64,000 nucleotides of DNA from a virus (IMGVR_UViG_3300009709_000002:32001-96000); one strand, 5' to 3'. Positions 50,644 through 60,537 are shown, counted from the first letter of the stretch. The notes: generated by a model not told the origin, from the letters alone. A program made the numbers and translations.

Positions 50644-51834
50644 ATGACAACTACAAATTCTCAACTTTCGGCGCGGCTCGTCGACATATTTGGGCCGCTA
50701 ACATCAGCGGTTCCAACTGCTATCTCCGGCAATTTGATGGTATCACCGGCAGGTAACATACTCATCGGATCTACAACCGATGACACGTCAAATAAGCTTC
50801 AAGTTACAGGCCAGTTTAAGTCAACGAGCACAGCGACGATTGGCACAGGACTAGCTAATTACGTGTCGATAGCTGGAGCAGCTACAACAAACTATCCAAC
50901 AATTACCACCGCAGGAACTGATGCTAACCCTTCATTGTATCTTAGTGCCAAAGGTACTACTGGTCAGGTTGTTATAGGTGCAACCGGTGGGCTAAGCGTT
51001 AGCGCCACGGCGTATGTTGCTGGCGCAGCAACCTTGAATACAACTCTTACAGTCAACGGAGTTGCCACTTTCAACGGGTCTGGCGTAATAGCAACTGCAA
51101 TGAATAGTTTAGGCCAGTTTGTAGCAACAACCGGGTCTTATGGCGCTGGCATGCGAAATGATGGAACAAATTTCTATTTGCTACAAACTGCATCAGGCTC
51201 TCCAACTGGCAGCTTTAATTCTTATAGACCATTTTCATGGACCCTGGCTACCGGAGCTGTTCAAATTGATGGTACTGCTGCAGGAACATTAATTAGTACA
51301 ACCACGAGATATTCTTCATCCGACACCGTGAACATTGGTGGATCACTGTGCACACAAAATGGATATAGATGCCGGTCTGGTAATGCGGGATCAATTGGTA
51401 ACATTTTCAATTTTTATTGGACTTCTTCATCAACCGTTCAAGTTTGGATCGACGCAACAAACGTCGGAACCATGACATTAACGTCCGATGCGCGAATCAA
51501 GCATTCTATTAAGACTAATGAAGATGATCTTCTAGACAAGGTGCTTGGCTTACGAGTAGTAGATTATCGTATCGCCGATGTTGACATCTTTAAAGATGAT
51601 GGTAAGACAAAGCTCGGGTATATCGCTGGTGAAGTTCAATCAATTTTTCCGCAAGCTGTTCATGGTGAAAAAGATGCTCTGACGGCAGAAGGTGGGATTC
51701 AGCCGCAAACTCTCGATCCAATTCCACTTATAGCGGCTCACACCGGAGCCGTGCAAAGATTACATGAGAAGTTTGAAGCGATGGCAAATAGAATTGCTGA
51801 GCTAGAAGTACAGCTTAACAAGATGAAGGTATAA
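50644..51834 (+). CDS. Tail fibre/RBP with S74 chaperone domain
   Basis: [24 protein letters not shown]; N-terminus shared with the next ORF. Confidence 0.85.
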   Translation: MTTTNSQLSARLVDIFGPLTSAVPTAISGNLMVSPAGNILIGSTTDDTSNKLQVTGQFKSTSTATIGTGLANYVSIAGAATTNYPTITTAGTDANPSLYLSAKGTTGQVVIGATGGLSVSATAYVAGAATLNTTLTVNGVATFNGSGVIATAMNSLGQFVATTGSYGAGMRNDGTNFYLLQTASGSPTGSFNSYRPFSWTLATGAVQIDGTAAGTLISTTTRYSSSDTVNIGGSLCTQNGYRCRSGNAGSIGNIFNFYWTSSSTVQVWIDATNVGTMTLTSDARIKHSIKTNEDDLLDKVLGLRVVDYRIADVDIFKDDGKTKLGYIAGEVQSIFPQAVHGEKDALTAEGGIQPQTLDPIPLIAAHTGAVQRLHEKFEAMANRIAELEVQLNKMKV

Positions 51835-51835
51835 G

Positions 51836-52711
51836 ATGGCAGCAAATACAAGTGAGTTAATGACGCGATTGATTGATTTGTTCGGTCCAGTCGCTTCAGC
51901 AGACCCAACAAAGCTCTATAGCAATTTGATGGTGTCACCTGCTGGTAACATTTTGATCGGATCTGTCACAGACAATGGAACAAATAAGCTTCAAGTAACT
52001 GGATCAATCAAAACAACAGTTGGTGTTACGTTTCCAGACGGCACCACAGCTGCCACCGCTAATACACCGGGAGCTCTTGCGAATATTCAAGTGTTCACAG
52101 CTAGTGGAACGTATACTCCAACTACTGGTGTAACTAAAGTCATTGTAGAAATACAAGCTGCTGGCGGTGGCGGTGGCGGATGCGTTGCATCTAACGGCAC
52201 AAACTGTGGAGTTTCACAGTGCGGCGGCGCTGGCGGCTATATCCTTACTAAGATTACTAGCGGTTTTTCTGGAGCATCAGTTGTTGTTGGGGCAGCTGGA
52301 ACAGCTGGTACTACGGCTGGTGCAGCAGGTGGCACTGGTGGAAGTTCATCATTCGCAGGTGTAACTGCTGTTGGCGGTGGTGGTGGAGCTGGCTCGCTAG
52401 TTAATCAAACCGGTCCACAAAATACTCAAGCAGCTGGCGGCGGATCGGCTAGCGGAGGGACGATTTTGAACATTTCGGGTCAATATGGCACAGACTCAAA
52501 TTATTCAATCGGTACTAACTTAGCTATTTGGGGAAATGGTGGGAGCTGCAGGATGGGATCTGGTGCCAAAGCAGTGCTTAATTCTACAGGTGTAAATGCT
52601 ACTGGCTATGGTGGAGGCGGCGGTGGTATTATTCAAACAACGTCTGGGACAACGGCAAGAGCTGGCGGCGCTGGATCTCCTGGCATCGTTATCGTGTGGG
52701 AATACTACTAA
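51836..52711 (+). CDS. Glycine-rich fibre tip/adhesin
   Basis: QVFTASGTYTP..V.VE..A.GGGGG...G..GIVIVWEY. Confidence 0.8.
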   Translation: MAANTSELMTRLIDLFGPVASADPTKLYSNLMVSPAGNILIGSVTDNGTNKLQVTGSIKTTVGVTFPDGTTAATANTPGALANIQVFTASGTYTPTTGVTKVIVEIQAAGGGGGGCVASNGTNCGVSQCGGAGGYILTKITSGFSGASVVVGAAGTAGTTAGAAGGTGGSSSFAGVTAVGGGGGAGSLVNQTGPQNTQAAGGGSASGGTILNISGQYGTDSNYSIGTNLAIWGNGGSCRMGSGAKAVLNSTGVNATGYGGGGGGIIQTTSGTTARAGGAGSPGIVIVWEYY

Positions 52712-52721
52712 GCTACTAAGC

Positions 52722-52747
52722 AAAAAGCCGGGAATTCCCGGCTTTTT
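52722..52747. terminator. Bidirectional terminator between convergent genes
   Basis: AAAAAGCCGGGAATTCCCGGCTTTTT. Confidence 0.8.
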
Positions 52748-53659
52748 TCATTCTTCTTCTTTCTGAAGTTTCTTCGGCATCTTCAATTTCTTATTCTTGA
52801 TACCATCTCTCGCCATGTCGAGAATCGCGTCTTTGTGCTCTTTATGAGGAAATTCATCGTCATGAATAGCGTCATGAACTTGATCAAATGTCATCAGATC
52901 CTTCGCTTTATACTTCTTTCCAAAGAGAATCCCAGCGATCTTGTCTGGATTGTTGGTGACGAGATTCTTATCTCCAACTGTGCGCCAGTTCTTAGTAGGT
53001 TTCCCGCTTAGACCAATCTTGGTTTGTTTTCCACGAAGTAGACCCTTACCAAGATCAAAGAAGTGACGTTCAACATTCATCTTGTCATCATCTTCCTGAA
53101 CGCCAGCAAACTTCGACACGGCGTAAAGCAGCTCGTTTCTGTGAGCTCCCTTCAATCCTTTATTCATGTCTTCTGGTGCGGCGTGGTAAGACCAGCTAGC
53201 ATACTTCAAGCTGTCTACCGGCATCAAATCCACCTGCGCAAACGTATCACCGATCTTGTAGGCGAAGCTGTAAACGTCTAACCCTGGCATCGAGCGGTAG
53301 AGCTTGTCCATGCCATGCTTTCCTTCATGCTTTTTAGCCATGCGGTGGGCTGCGTGATCAATAAGCTTTCGTGCACCGTCATTGTCAATCTGGTTTGACT
53401 GTGCTACTGCTGGAAGTCGAATGCCGATGTCGATGTCACCAGAAGTCTCACCCTTCGGTTTCTTTCCTGCAGAGCCAAGCACAGCGAGATCCTCAGGTTG
53501 GATATTCAACTCAAAAGCAATCTTATTCAAGAGAGTAGGAAGCACCTCTTTTATCTTATCTTGATCAATCGGCATGGCAATTTTCACCGCATTACCACCC
53601 TCTACAAGGATTGATTCTTGCAAAAATGTCTTAAAAGAGCTCAATTTCATGGTCCTCAT
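52748..53659 (-). CDS. Late protein with Pol-beta-type nucleotidyltransferase motif and capsid-targeting-like N-terminus
   Basis: LGS.GKK...SGDID, QVDLM; MKLSSFKTFLQESILVEGG; late motif at 53677. Confidence 0.6.
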   Translation of the reverse strand: MRTMKLSSFKTFLQESILVEGGNAVKIAMPIDQDKIKEVLPTLLNKIAFELNIQPEDLAVLGSAGKKPKGETSGDIDIGIRLPAVAQSNQIDNDGARKLIDHAAHRMAKKHEGKHGMDKLYRSMPGLDVYSFAYKIGDTFAQVDLMPVDSLKYASWSYHAAPEDMNKGLKGAHRNELLYAVSKFAGVQEDDDKMNVERHFFDLGKGLLRGKQTKIGLSGKPTKNWRTVGDKNLVTNNPDKIAGILFGKKYKAKDLMTFDQVHDAIHDDEFPHKEHKDAILDMARDGIKNKKLKMPKKLQKEEE

Positions 53660-53749
53660 TCTCTATATGATATGTCTATTTATGCTACCAAGCTTCAAAA
53701 ACGACAAAGCCCGGAAATTTCCGGGCTTTGGTGAAACTGACGAGCTTTT

Positions 53750-54151
53750 TTAGTTCATCAGCAGAGAGTGAGTCTGCTTGTAGGTCAAATTGAATTGCTT
53801 CGCCAATTTTTCAAGCATCGCGGTGAGCGTGAGGGACGCTTCACGTTGCAGGGTGCGGAATGACAGCTCTAAGTCACGCTGTTCTTTGAAGGAGATCGAA
53901 CGGCCTTCGGGCTCATTTTCACTTTGCACATGCTTGATTACACCTTCTACCTGCTTCACCTTACGAGGACGGCCGCGGGTTTTCTTTTCTACTACTGGTG
54001 CTTCTTCTGTCTCCTCGCTGTCAACCGGAGGTTTGTAATTCGTCATCTGAGTGATCAGGCCGACGAGGGTGTTGGGGACGATTGCTTCGGTGGAGAGAGT
54101 TTGCATGAAAGAGGCGTCATCATGCACTTGGATGTTCGATTGCGTTTCCAC
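53750..54151 (-). CDS. Hypothetical protein with AT-hook
   Basis: KKTRGRPRK. Confidence 0.55.
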   Translation of the reverse strand: METQSNIQVHDDASFMQTLSTEAIVPNTLVGLITQMTNYKPPVDSEETEEAPVVEKKTRGRPRKVKQVEGVIKHVQSENEPEGRSISFKEQRDLELSFRTLQREASLTLTAMLEKLAKQFNLTYKQTHSLLMN

Positions 54152-54277
54152 GTTCTTGTCCTTCGGGTTGCTAAAGTTCGGTAGATCTCAAGAGCAAAGC
54201 AACCCGAGAATTTCTGTTTGTTATCGGTTGGATAACGAAATTGATAGTATCACAAGATTTAACACTTGTGAAATATT

Positions 54278-54466
54278 TTACAACTTAAGTTTCTTGCGGA
54301 GGTCGGCCAGTTCAATCTCAGCTTTGATAGCGCTGAAAAGAGCTGTGAAAGTGATGATGTGCATCGGGTTCAGAGACGGAACCAAAGCACAGATTACGAT
54401 CGCCATGACAACTAGTAACGCCGAGCTCAAGAATGCTCTTGTGGTGGAGTCCAAGATAAAATCCAT
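54278..54466 (-). CDS. Small membrane protein
   Basis: 62 aa, hydrophobic. Confidence 0.45.
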   Translation of the reverse strand: MDFILDSTTRAFLSSALLVVMAIVICALVPSLNPMHIITFTALFSAIKAEIELADLRKKLKL

Positions 54467-54467
54467 G

Positions 54468-54716
54468 TTAGGCTACGAAATTGGGAGCTTCAGGATAGAC
54501 TTCCCAGTAGAGGTGAATCCAACCGGGCGCGATGTAGTGGCTTTTGCCACTCGAATCGAGCAGCCGATGACCACCACTTTTACTGACATGCAGGTGAGTC
54601 GGTTCTTTGATCGTAACTTCTACGGTCTGAACTGTGCTAACCTTTGATTGAAAGACGTACGTTCGGTACTTCTCACTGCTGATGTCAACAAACTCAAGTT
54701 TGCTTTCATTCTTCAT
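54468..54716 (-). CDS. Conserved phage hypothetical protein
   Basis: DISSE.YR.Y.F, SGGHR..D..G..HYI..GW; AGGAG RBS. Confidence 0.65.
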   Translation of the reverse strand: MKNESKLEFVDISSEKYRTYVFQSKVSTVQTVEVTIKEPTHLHVSKSGGHRLLDSSGKSHYIAPGWIHLYWEVYPEAPNFVA

Positions 54717-54728
54717 TATAGTACTCCT

Positions 54729-55083
54729 TGGTGGACCTGCGCGGAGTCGAACCGCGGTCTTTGAGTCATTTCCAGATACCGTCTACACTCATAGTTCCGT
54801 TGGTCATTTAGTCGATCAACAAAGCCCAAGCTGGCAAAGCGTGTTGATCCAAGCTCGCTAAATCTTAATTCACGGCCGCAAACGAGTCACATGAATCTAG
54901 TCAGTCAATCGGATGACCCGGCAATAAAGTAGGACTGACACTCTCTACTCGCCGAGCTTACGCTGCTAGAGCGTAAGAGCTGTCGTTAGACGCTGCGGTT
55001 ACTTCTGTTGCTCTGTTTAACGTCAGTTGCATGACGGAGTGCGGATAAACGAATTCTACCCAAATCTACACCATTTCAGGCCC
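54729..55083 (-). ncRNA. ssrA: tmRNA, tag peptide AASNDSSYALAA* (54958-54996)
   Basis: Acceptor stem GGGCCTG/CAGGTCC-ACCA with G3:U; T-arm CGCGG-TTCGACT-CCGCG; 355 nt; tag ends YALAA. Confidence 0.95.
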
Positions 55084-55086
55084 AGA

Positions 55087-55719
55087 TTATGCTACCTTGT
55101 CAGCGATCCAAGAGCCGATCTCTTCCGATAAGAGAACTTCCGAATGCGCCATATTGCGATACTCAGGAAAGAAGTTTGGATCTTTCTTGAAGTGCATCTC
55201 TGATTCAACTGAGACAACACCATCATTTTCAACCCAGCCCCAATTCAACGATTCTGTAAAGGTCACGATAGCATGAACTTTACAGGGAAGCTTCTGAGCT
55301 TTAAACTCCGTCATGTACCGATTGTACGAGCCAACATTCCGAATAAACCTAGAGTGTGGTTTGAAAATCGACATGAGAGATGCTGCTTCACTACCACCAA
55401 ATGGTGTGGCCATTGTGATGATTTCAATATCTAGCTCACCCGAAAACTTCTTCAGATCTCTAGCAGCTGAAACGCAGACGACACCTCCAAATGAGTGTCC
55501 AACCATCCAAATCTTATCATACTTGTGAGCGTTGCTTTTTAGCGCACTCACTAGGTCACCAACGATGTCCTCAGCTAAGTCTTCTACTACATCATACTCG
55601 AACATTGCAATTTCATGATCGGATGATGGCGGTAAACCTAGCTCAATGATTTGTCGTAGGTAGTTCCAGCTTTTATTGGAGCAAAAAGCGCCGTGTACAA
55701 ATACGATTAGAGTCTTCAT
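55087..55719 (-). CDS. Alpha/beta hydrolase (lipase/esterase-like)
   Basis: FVHG, GHSFGG, TPFGGS, NDGVV, HSEVL; late motif at 55726. Confidence 0.85.
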   Translation of the reverse strand: MKTLIVFVHGAFCSNKSWNYLRQIIELGLPPSSDHEIAMFEYDVVEDLAEDIVGDLVSALKSNAHKYDKIWMVGHSFGGVVCVSAARDLKKFSGELDIEIITMATPFGGSEAASLMSIFKPHSRFIRNVGSYNRYMTEFKAQKLPCKVHAIVTFTESLNWGWVENDGVVSVESEMHFKKDPNFFPEYRNMAHSEVLLSEEIGSWIADKVA

Positions 55720-55804
55720 AAGATCTATTTATTGCAGTTAGACCTTATGAAGTTTGTTATCGGTCAGTAAGGAGATTATATTCCTAAGACCGTGTAGAGT
55801 ACAT

Positions 55805-56119
55805 TTATTTTAATCTTTTTGATGCCTCTACAGCTTGCTCGTAAGAGCTACCAACTTTGGCATAGAGATCAGATGGATGCATTCCTTCGACCCACTCTTG
55901 ACCATCGCTGATGTGGAATTTTTCAGCATCTATGTGGTGTTGCTCACATAACGTGATGCCATTTTCCTTCACATAACCACCATTTGGCATCAAATTCCTG
56001 TCAGTTATGTGATGAGCGTCAAGATTGATCTTCACGGTGCAGAAGACGCATTTGTAATTGTCACGTTTGAACACCACAGCCGCGAAGTTCTCACGAATTT
56101 TCTTTTTCTTGACGCTCAT
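55805..56119 (-). CDS. HNH endonuclease
   Basis: VFKRDNYKCVFC, AHHI, NGITLC..HH. Confidence 0.8.
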   Translation of the reverse strand: MSVKKKKIRENFAAVVFKRDNYKCVFCTVKINLDAHHITDRNLMPNGGYVKENGITLCEQHHIDAEKFHISDGQEWVEGMHPSDLYAKVGSSYEQAVEASKRLK

Positions 56120-56125
56120 ACGCTC

Positions 56126-56521
56126 TTACAAGTAGTCGCGAACGTAAGCGACGACCTTCGTGAACGAAGGCGACTTGACGCTGTCGTTGAGATTGATGAT
56201 CTCTTGCGCTTGTTCTTCAGTGATGCCAGCCCACTTGAGAATGCGCTCCGGCAGCGCTTGCGTTTCGCCACAGATCGAGTACAGCTTGCTGATCGGAACT
56301 CCTTCCTGGCCTTCTTTAAGCGTCGGAATGTCGTCATACGGGACCTCGACGAAACGACCGTGCGCGCGGTTCTTGTATTCCTCGTACATCTCAGCGAGCA
56401 CGCCGAGAGCACAGTGGCACAGCACACCACGTGGCGTTTCATACTTCAGCGAACCAAGACCCTTGCGGAAAGCGCCATTCTGGAGGTTTTCGAGAAAGGC
56501 TTCTTTGATGTTTTGTTTCAT
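56126..56521 (-). CDS. Conserved phage hypothetical protein
   Basis: HCALGVL, LND...SF..V; GAGG RBS. Confidence 0.6.
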   Translation of the reverse strand: MKQNIKEAFLENLQNGAFRKGLGSLKYETPRGVLCHCALGVLAEMYEEYKNRAHGRFVEVPYDDIPTLKEGQEGVPISKLYSICGETQALPERILKWAGITEEQAQEIINLNDSVKSPSFTKVVAYVRDYL

Positions 56522-56523
56522 GA

Positions 56524-57375
56524 TTACCTCTGAATTGTTGGAACCCACCAGGTGGTTCGCCCGGTAGATTTATCACATTGAACGTCATTTCCGTAGACGT
56601 CTTTGCGACGGCCATAAACTGCTGATCCTGCGACCAGCTCTTTTCGATGCTCTACTGGAACTTCTAACCCATGACGCATGAAGATCATGTACGTGTAAGG
56701 TGTCGCGCTACCAGTCTCATACGCGAACTTGAGACACTCTTTAATCGCCTTGTACAGCAAGACGAGCTCTGCTTCAGAGCAGTCAATCGGTCGCCGATGT
56801 GGTGAGATACGAGCAGCGTAGAGGGACTCTGACTTATAGATATTGCCTACTCCGCACAGCTTGCCTTGATTCATCAGCAGCTCAAAGAACGGAGTTTGCG
56901 AATTCTTTGACATGAGGTCGAGCCATTGTTCGACGGTCGGTGGATCTGTGAGCATGTCATAGCCGAGAGCCTTGATCTTGCGAGCAGCTGCTTCATTCGA
57001 AACAACCTTCAGCGTGCCAAAGTTCCGCATATCAACGTAGCTACAGTCAACATCATCGCCACCAGCGCGAAGTATCACTCTTTCATGCTTCTTGTACTTG
57101 GCGTACTTTTCCTGCATGAGAGTCGAGGCGAGCGTCCAGCCTCCAGACATCCCAAGCGTTGACAAGATCGTCTTACCATTGTCTAGCTTGATGGTAATAA
57201 GTTTCCCTTTACCATCAACTTTCAGGACCTTACAAGGCAACTGGAGCTCAGCTAGACCGACGATAGGCTTCTTGGTGTAACGGCCTGTTAAAACATCAAC
57301 ACGAGAAAGTACTCTTCCCTCGATCTTCGATTGAAGAAAGACTCTTTCTCGTTTAACCTCTGGGCCTTCTGGCAA
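56524..57375 (-). CDS. Fpg/Nei DNA glycosylase/AP lyase (zincless-finger type)
   Basis: TTG start, PEGPEV, GK, LGMSG, D.RNFG, GVGNIYKSE.L, GRTTWW. Confidence 0.9.
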   Translation of the reverse strand: MPEGPEVKRERVFLQSKIEGRVLSRVDVLTGRYTKKPIVGLAELQLPCKVLKVDGKGKLITIKLDNGKTILSTLGMSGGWTLASTLMQEKYAKYKKHERVILRAGGDDVDCSYVDMRNFGTLKVVSNEAAARKIKALGYDMLTDPPTVEQWLDLMSKNSQTPFFELLMNQGKLCGVGNIYKSESLYAARISPHRRPIDCSEAELVLLYKAIKECLKFAYETGSATPYTYMIFMRHGLEVPVEHRKELVAGSAVYGRRKDVYGNDVQCDKSTGRTTWWVPTIQR

Positions 57376-57383
57376 GTTGCACC

Positions 57384-57794
57384 TCAGTTGAGATATTCTT
57401 TCAGTTGGAGTTCGCAGCCGATGCCATACTTGTTGAAAACTTCCAGAGCGGCACGATGGGCTGCGATGTGGAGGCCATGTTCTTGGCGGCCTTGCAGCTT
57501 GTAATTCACGTTGACGACGCCCTCACGATCAGCTTGCCCGATCTTATTGAAAGCACGGAAATTCAAAGACCGACGATCCCTGAACTTCAAGTAAGCATTT
57601 CCGCATAGATCGAGCAAATAGCCGATAGGCTCTCCGATCATCTCGCCAGTGAGCAAATCAGCTTGACCGACTTGGTACTCAGGACCTTTCGATCGTGCAA
57701 CATCCAGCCAAATCTGAGCACCCTTCTGCGCGGCCTCATTTGCTTCTTTCATGATAGCCGTAACTTCGTCATAGGTAAGAGCCATTTTATGCAA
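57384..57794 (-). CDS. Hypothetical phage protein
   Basis: 136 aa downstream of the early promoter at 57827. Confidence 0.6.
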   Translation of the reverse strand: MHKMALTYDEVTAIMKEANEAAQKGAQIWLDVARSKGPEYQVGQADLLTGEMIGEPIGYLLDLCGNAYLKFRDRRSLNFRAFNKIGQADREGVVNVNYKLQGRQEHGLHIAAHRAALEVFNKYGIGCELQLKEYLN

Positions 57795-57902
57795 CCTCTC
57801 ATGAGGAGTTAATTGACGATAAAGTCATTATATCAAATAGTGGCTAAGAAGTAAACAACAAAGGTGGCTTGTGGCCACCTTTGATTTCACTACTGGCTTT
57901 TG

Positions 57903-58925
57903 TTAAGCCGTGATAGTTTCCAGAAGCTCATGGATTTTTGCCTTGAGCATAGATGTGCTACCGGTGATCGGTTCGAATCTGTCACCGTAAAACTGGCGTC
58001 CACTTTTCGTCGACTGTTTATGCCCGGTCTTGATCATGTAGTACGCCTTCACGACGTTTTCGACCGGCTTCACGCTGAGAGTGTTCTCATAGATGCGCAG
58101 GTCAAGCATGTCGCCGAATTCGGAGAGGATTTCCTGCTTCTGGTTCGGAAACAACCCGTAAATGACGACCTTCGGCTTGCAGTTTCCTGCTTGCGGAATG
58201 TCATCAACCGATGCGCTTGGCCTGCCGGTGTGCTGCGGTGTTTCATCATCGAGCACCGTCGCCGAAACCGTGGAGCCTTCAGGCGCTTCGACGTTCAAGT
58301 GAATTTGAGGCCGGAACGTTACGAGCGCTTCGGTCAACTTATGCACGTTGAACTGCAGATCGGCCATCGTCGAAACCAGCGCTTGTTGCGTATTGACGAG
58401 AGCTTGAAGGATGAGCTGATCTTGCTGCATGGAACGCTGAGTATTCTGCTCGAGTAGAGCCAGTGTTCGATTCAGCAAAGTCACAAGTTCACCGGATTGC
58501 GGTGTACCTTCAACCTGCTGCGGCGGAGGATTAAACGGATTGGCTGGAGCTTCAGGCTTATTCTTCTTCGCGAAGAATTCGGACTTGGGAGGTTCGGCGG
58601 GAGGGGTAGCTTGAGGTACGATTTTAAGCGGCTTAACGTTCCGCTGAGCTTCGGCATGTCTTTTGTTCAACCATTCAATCATCGCCGCTGTTTCTTTGGG
58701 ATGCTTGAATGAACTTATAGGCCTATGCCTGTTCGTCGAAGGAAGAACGATCGATTGACCGTCGAAGGCGAGTTGTGCCAGGCCGTGACCGTCGATGATC
58801 GGGAATTTCTTCCCTTCATGCCTTAGCACCTCATACACATGCTCGCGAACTGCTTCTCGCTCTTCATCTTGCCAAAAGATTGTCCTGCGGATTTGCTGCG
58901 TTGCGGTCTGCATGGATATCTCCAT
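57903..58925 (-). CDS. Hypothetical protein with Pro/Gln-rich linker and coiled coil
   Basis: 340 aa flanked by promoter and terminator. Confidence 0.65.
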   Translation of the reverse strand: MEISMQTATQQIRRTIFWQDEEREAVREHVYEVLRHEGKKFPIIDGHGLAQLAFDGQSIVLPSTNRHRPISSFKHPKETAAMIEWLNKRHAEAQRNVKPLKIVPQATPPAEPPKSEFFAKKNKPEAPANPFNPPPQQVEGTPQSGELVTLLNRTLALLEQNTQRSMQQDQLILQALVNTQQALVSTMADLQFNVHKLTEALVTFRPQIHLNVEAPEGSTVSATVLDDETPQHTGRPSASVDDIPQAGNCKPKVVIYGLFPNQKQEILSEFGDMLDLRIYENTLSVKPVENVVKAYYMIKTGHKQSTKSGRQFYGDRFEPITGSTSMLKAKIHELLETITA

Positions 58926-59019
58926 GTGGTTGGTAATGATATTATTTTAACATAAAGATGAAGCAAAGTATACACAAAATGCTCCTTCTAGGAGCATTTT
59001 GTCTTAAATCTGGCTGGAG

Positions 59020-59523
59020 TTAGCGGACAGTGACTTCGCGAGCTGGTCCACCCGGTGCACGGCCAGTTGCCTTGTCGACCGGCGGTTTTTCAACCTTGGT
59101 CGTGATGCCTTCGTTGACTAGCTCGATACGAACGAGCGGAATGTAGCTGGCCGACGTATTTTCATTGAAGAGCTTGGCCGGATCATGCTTCGGCAAGACA
59201 CCGTAGGCGACGCAGCCGTTCATGTACTCGATGCGCTCGGTGACGATACCGGTGAACCCAGTAGCTTTGTCGCGGGCGAGGGAGCCGAGCGGAATCGGGT
59301 TTGTTTCGGCGATCGGCGTGATGCGGTCGGATACACCGTCGTCGATCACGTTGACGAAGTGGTTGTCGACGAACATCGCCTTGGGGTATTCGCTCTTATC
59401 TTCACCGCACGACGGCTGGATAGCGATCTGGACGTTGCCGTTCAGCTGTTCCACACGCTGGATTGCGATGCCGCGATAGCCGCAGGTTGCATCTTCTACA
59501 GTTTGTCCGAGCTTGATTTCCAT
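59020..59523 (-). CDS. Hypothetical protein with tandem duplicated SH3-like domain
   Basis: LG...D...G..GI...R.E..NG.V....P occurs twice. Confidence 0.7.
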   Translation of the reverse strand: MEIKLGQTVEDATCGYRGIAIQRVEQLNGNVQIAIQPSCGEDKSEYPKAMFVDNHFVNVIDDGVSDRITPIAETNPIPLGSLARDKATGFTGIVTERIEYMNGCVAYGVLPKHDPAKLFNENTSASYIPLVRIELVNEGITTKVEKPPVDKATGRAPGGPAREVTVR

Positions 59524-59620
59524 TTTGCTTGCCTTTTCCTACGTGGTTAAAGTAAAGTCATTTTAACACATAAGACTGGCATTGTAAATACAAAAGGCTT
59601 CTTTTTGAAGCCTTTTGTTT

Positions 59621-59703
59621 TGGTGCCCGCGATCGGACTCGAACCGACAAGCTTGCGCGGCGGATTTTAAGTCCGCTGTGTTTACCAATTTCACCACGCG
59701 GGC
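59621..59703 (-). tRNA. tRNA-Leu(UAA)
   Basis: GCCCGCG/CGCGGGC-ACCA; GCGGA-CTTAAAA-TCCGC; variable arm; TTCGAGT. Confidence 0.92.
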
Positions 59704-59710
59704 AGACGAC

Positions 59711-60103
59711 TTAAGCTGGAACTTCCTGAGTAGCTAACGCTGCTCGACCAGCTTCAGTGATCTTACCCAAATCAGTGATCCACTCGCGGTTGAGTAAGTA
59801 ATGCATGACATTTTCATATGCCAGACACGCTTCCCACTCACCGGTGTCGGTAAACTTTGTGCAAACTTTGAGCACGTTCACTTCATCATCGCGATGAACT
59901 TTCGAGTCAGAGAAACCATTAGCATCACGTGGCATCACACGCTTGTACTGCATGCTCACGAACGTAGATGTTCGGCTAGCGTTGATTCCGTAGCAGGTGA
60001 AGCCACCTTCATCCATTTCTCGCTGAAAGTTATCAGCTTCAGCGCGGTCATACGTAGTGAGCGCTTTGTACTCCATGGGTGCTAGACGGAGCTCACTCAT
60101 CAT
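59711..60103 (-). CDS. Hypothetical protein
   Basis: 130 aa coupled to the upstream gene. Confidence 0.55.
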   Translation of the reverse strand: MMSELRLAPMEYKALTTYDRAEADNFQREMDEGGFTCYGINASRTSTFVSMQYKRVMPRDANGFSDSKVHRDDEVNVLKVCTKFTDTGEWEACLAYENVMHYLLNREWITDLGKITEAGRAALATQEVPA

Positions 60104-60537
60104 TGCAACCGATCAAAGACAGCGGCTGCGAGCTTGCCATCATAGTTGCCTGCGTGGTTTTCCTTCAGGAACTTCATCACGCTGCCCTTCGGTTCAGCCT
60201 TGATCGCGCAGCCGAACTTTTCGATGAGGATGGCTTCCAGCTCAGCTTCCGACAGTTGCTTCGGCAAGTAGCTGTTGAGGATAACTTCTTCAGCACGAAG
60301 ACGTTCCAGCTCAGGCTCATACTTCGACACGCCCTGCGTGAAGCGGTTGTCATCGAGGAATTTCTTGATGAGGCTGACAGCGTGCAGGTCGCTCTTCGGT
60401 TCATGCTTCAGACCTGGACGGCTTGCGTCAAGATCGATCTGGCCAACAAGCGTGCCGAGCAAGTCTTTCGCGACTTGGTTGCGGTCTTTCATCGCTTGAA
60501 TGCGAGCAGCTTTCAGCGTTTCATATAGCTTTGTCAT
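60100..60537 (-). CDS. GatB/YqeY-domain protein
   Basis: LKAARIQAMKDRN, E..IL.SYLPKQLSE.EL, G.VMK.L....G..DGK. Confidence 0.85.
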   Translation of the reverse strand: MTKLYETLKAARIQAMKDRNQVAKDLLGTLVGQIDLDASRPGLKHEPKSDLHAVSLIKKFLDDNRFTQGVSKYEPELERLRAEEVILNSYLPKQLSEAELEAILIEKFGCAIKAEPKGSVMKFLKENHAGNYDGKLAAAVFDRLQ

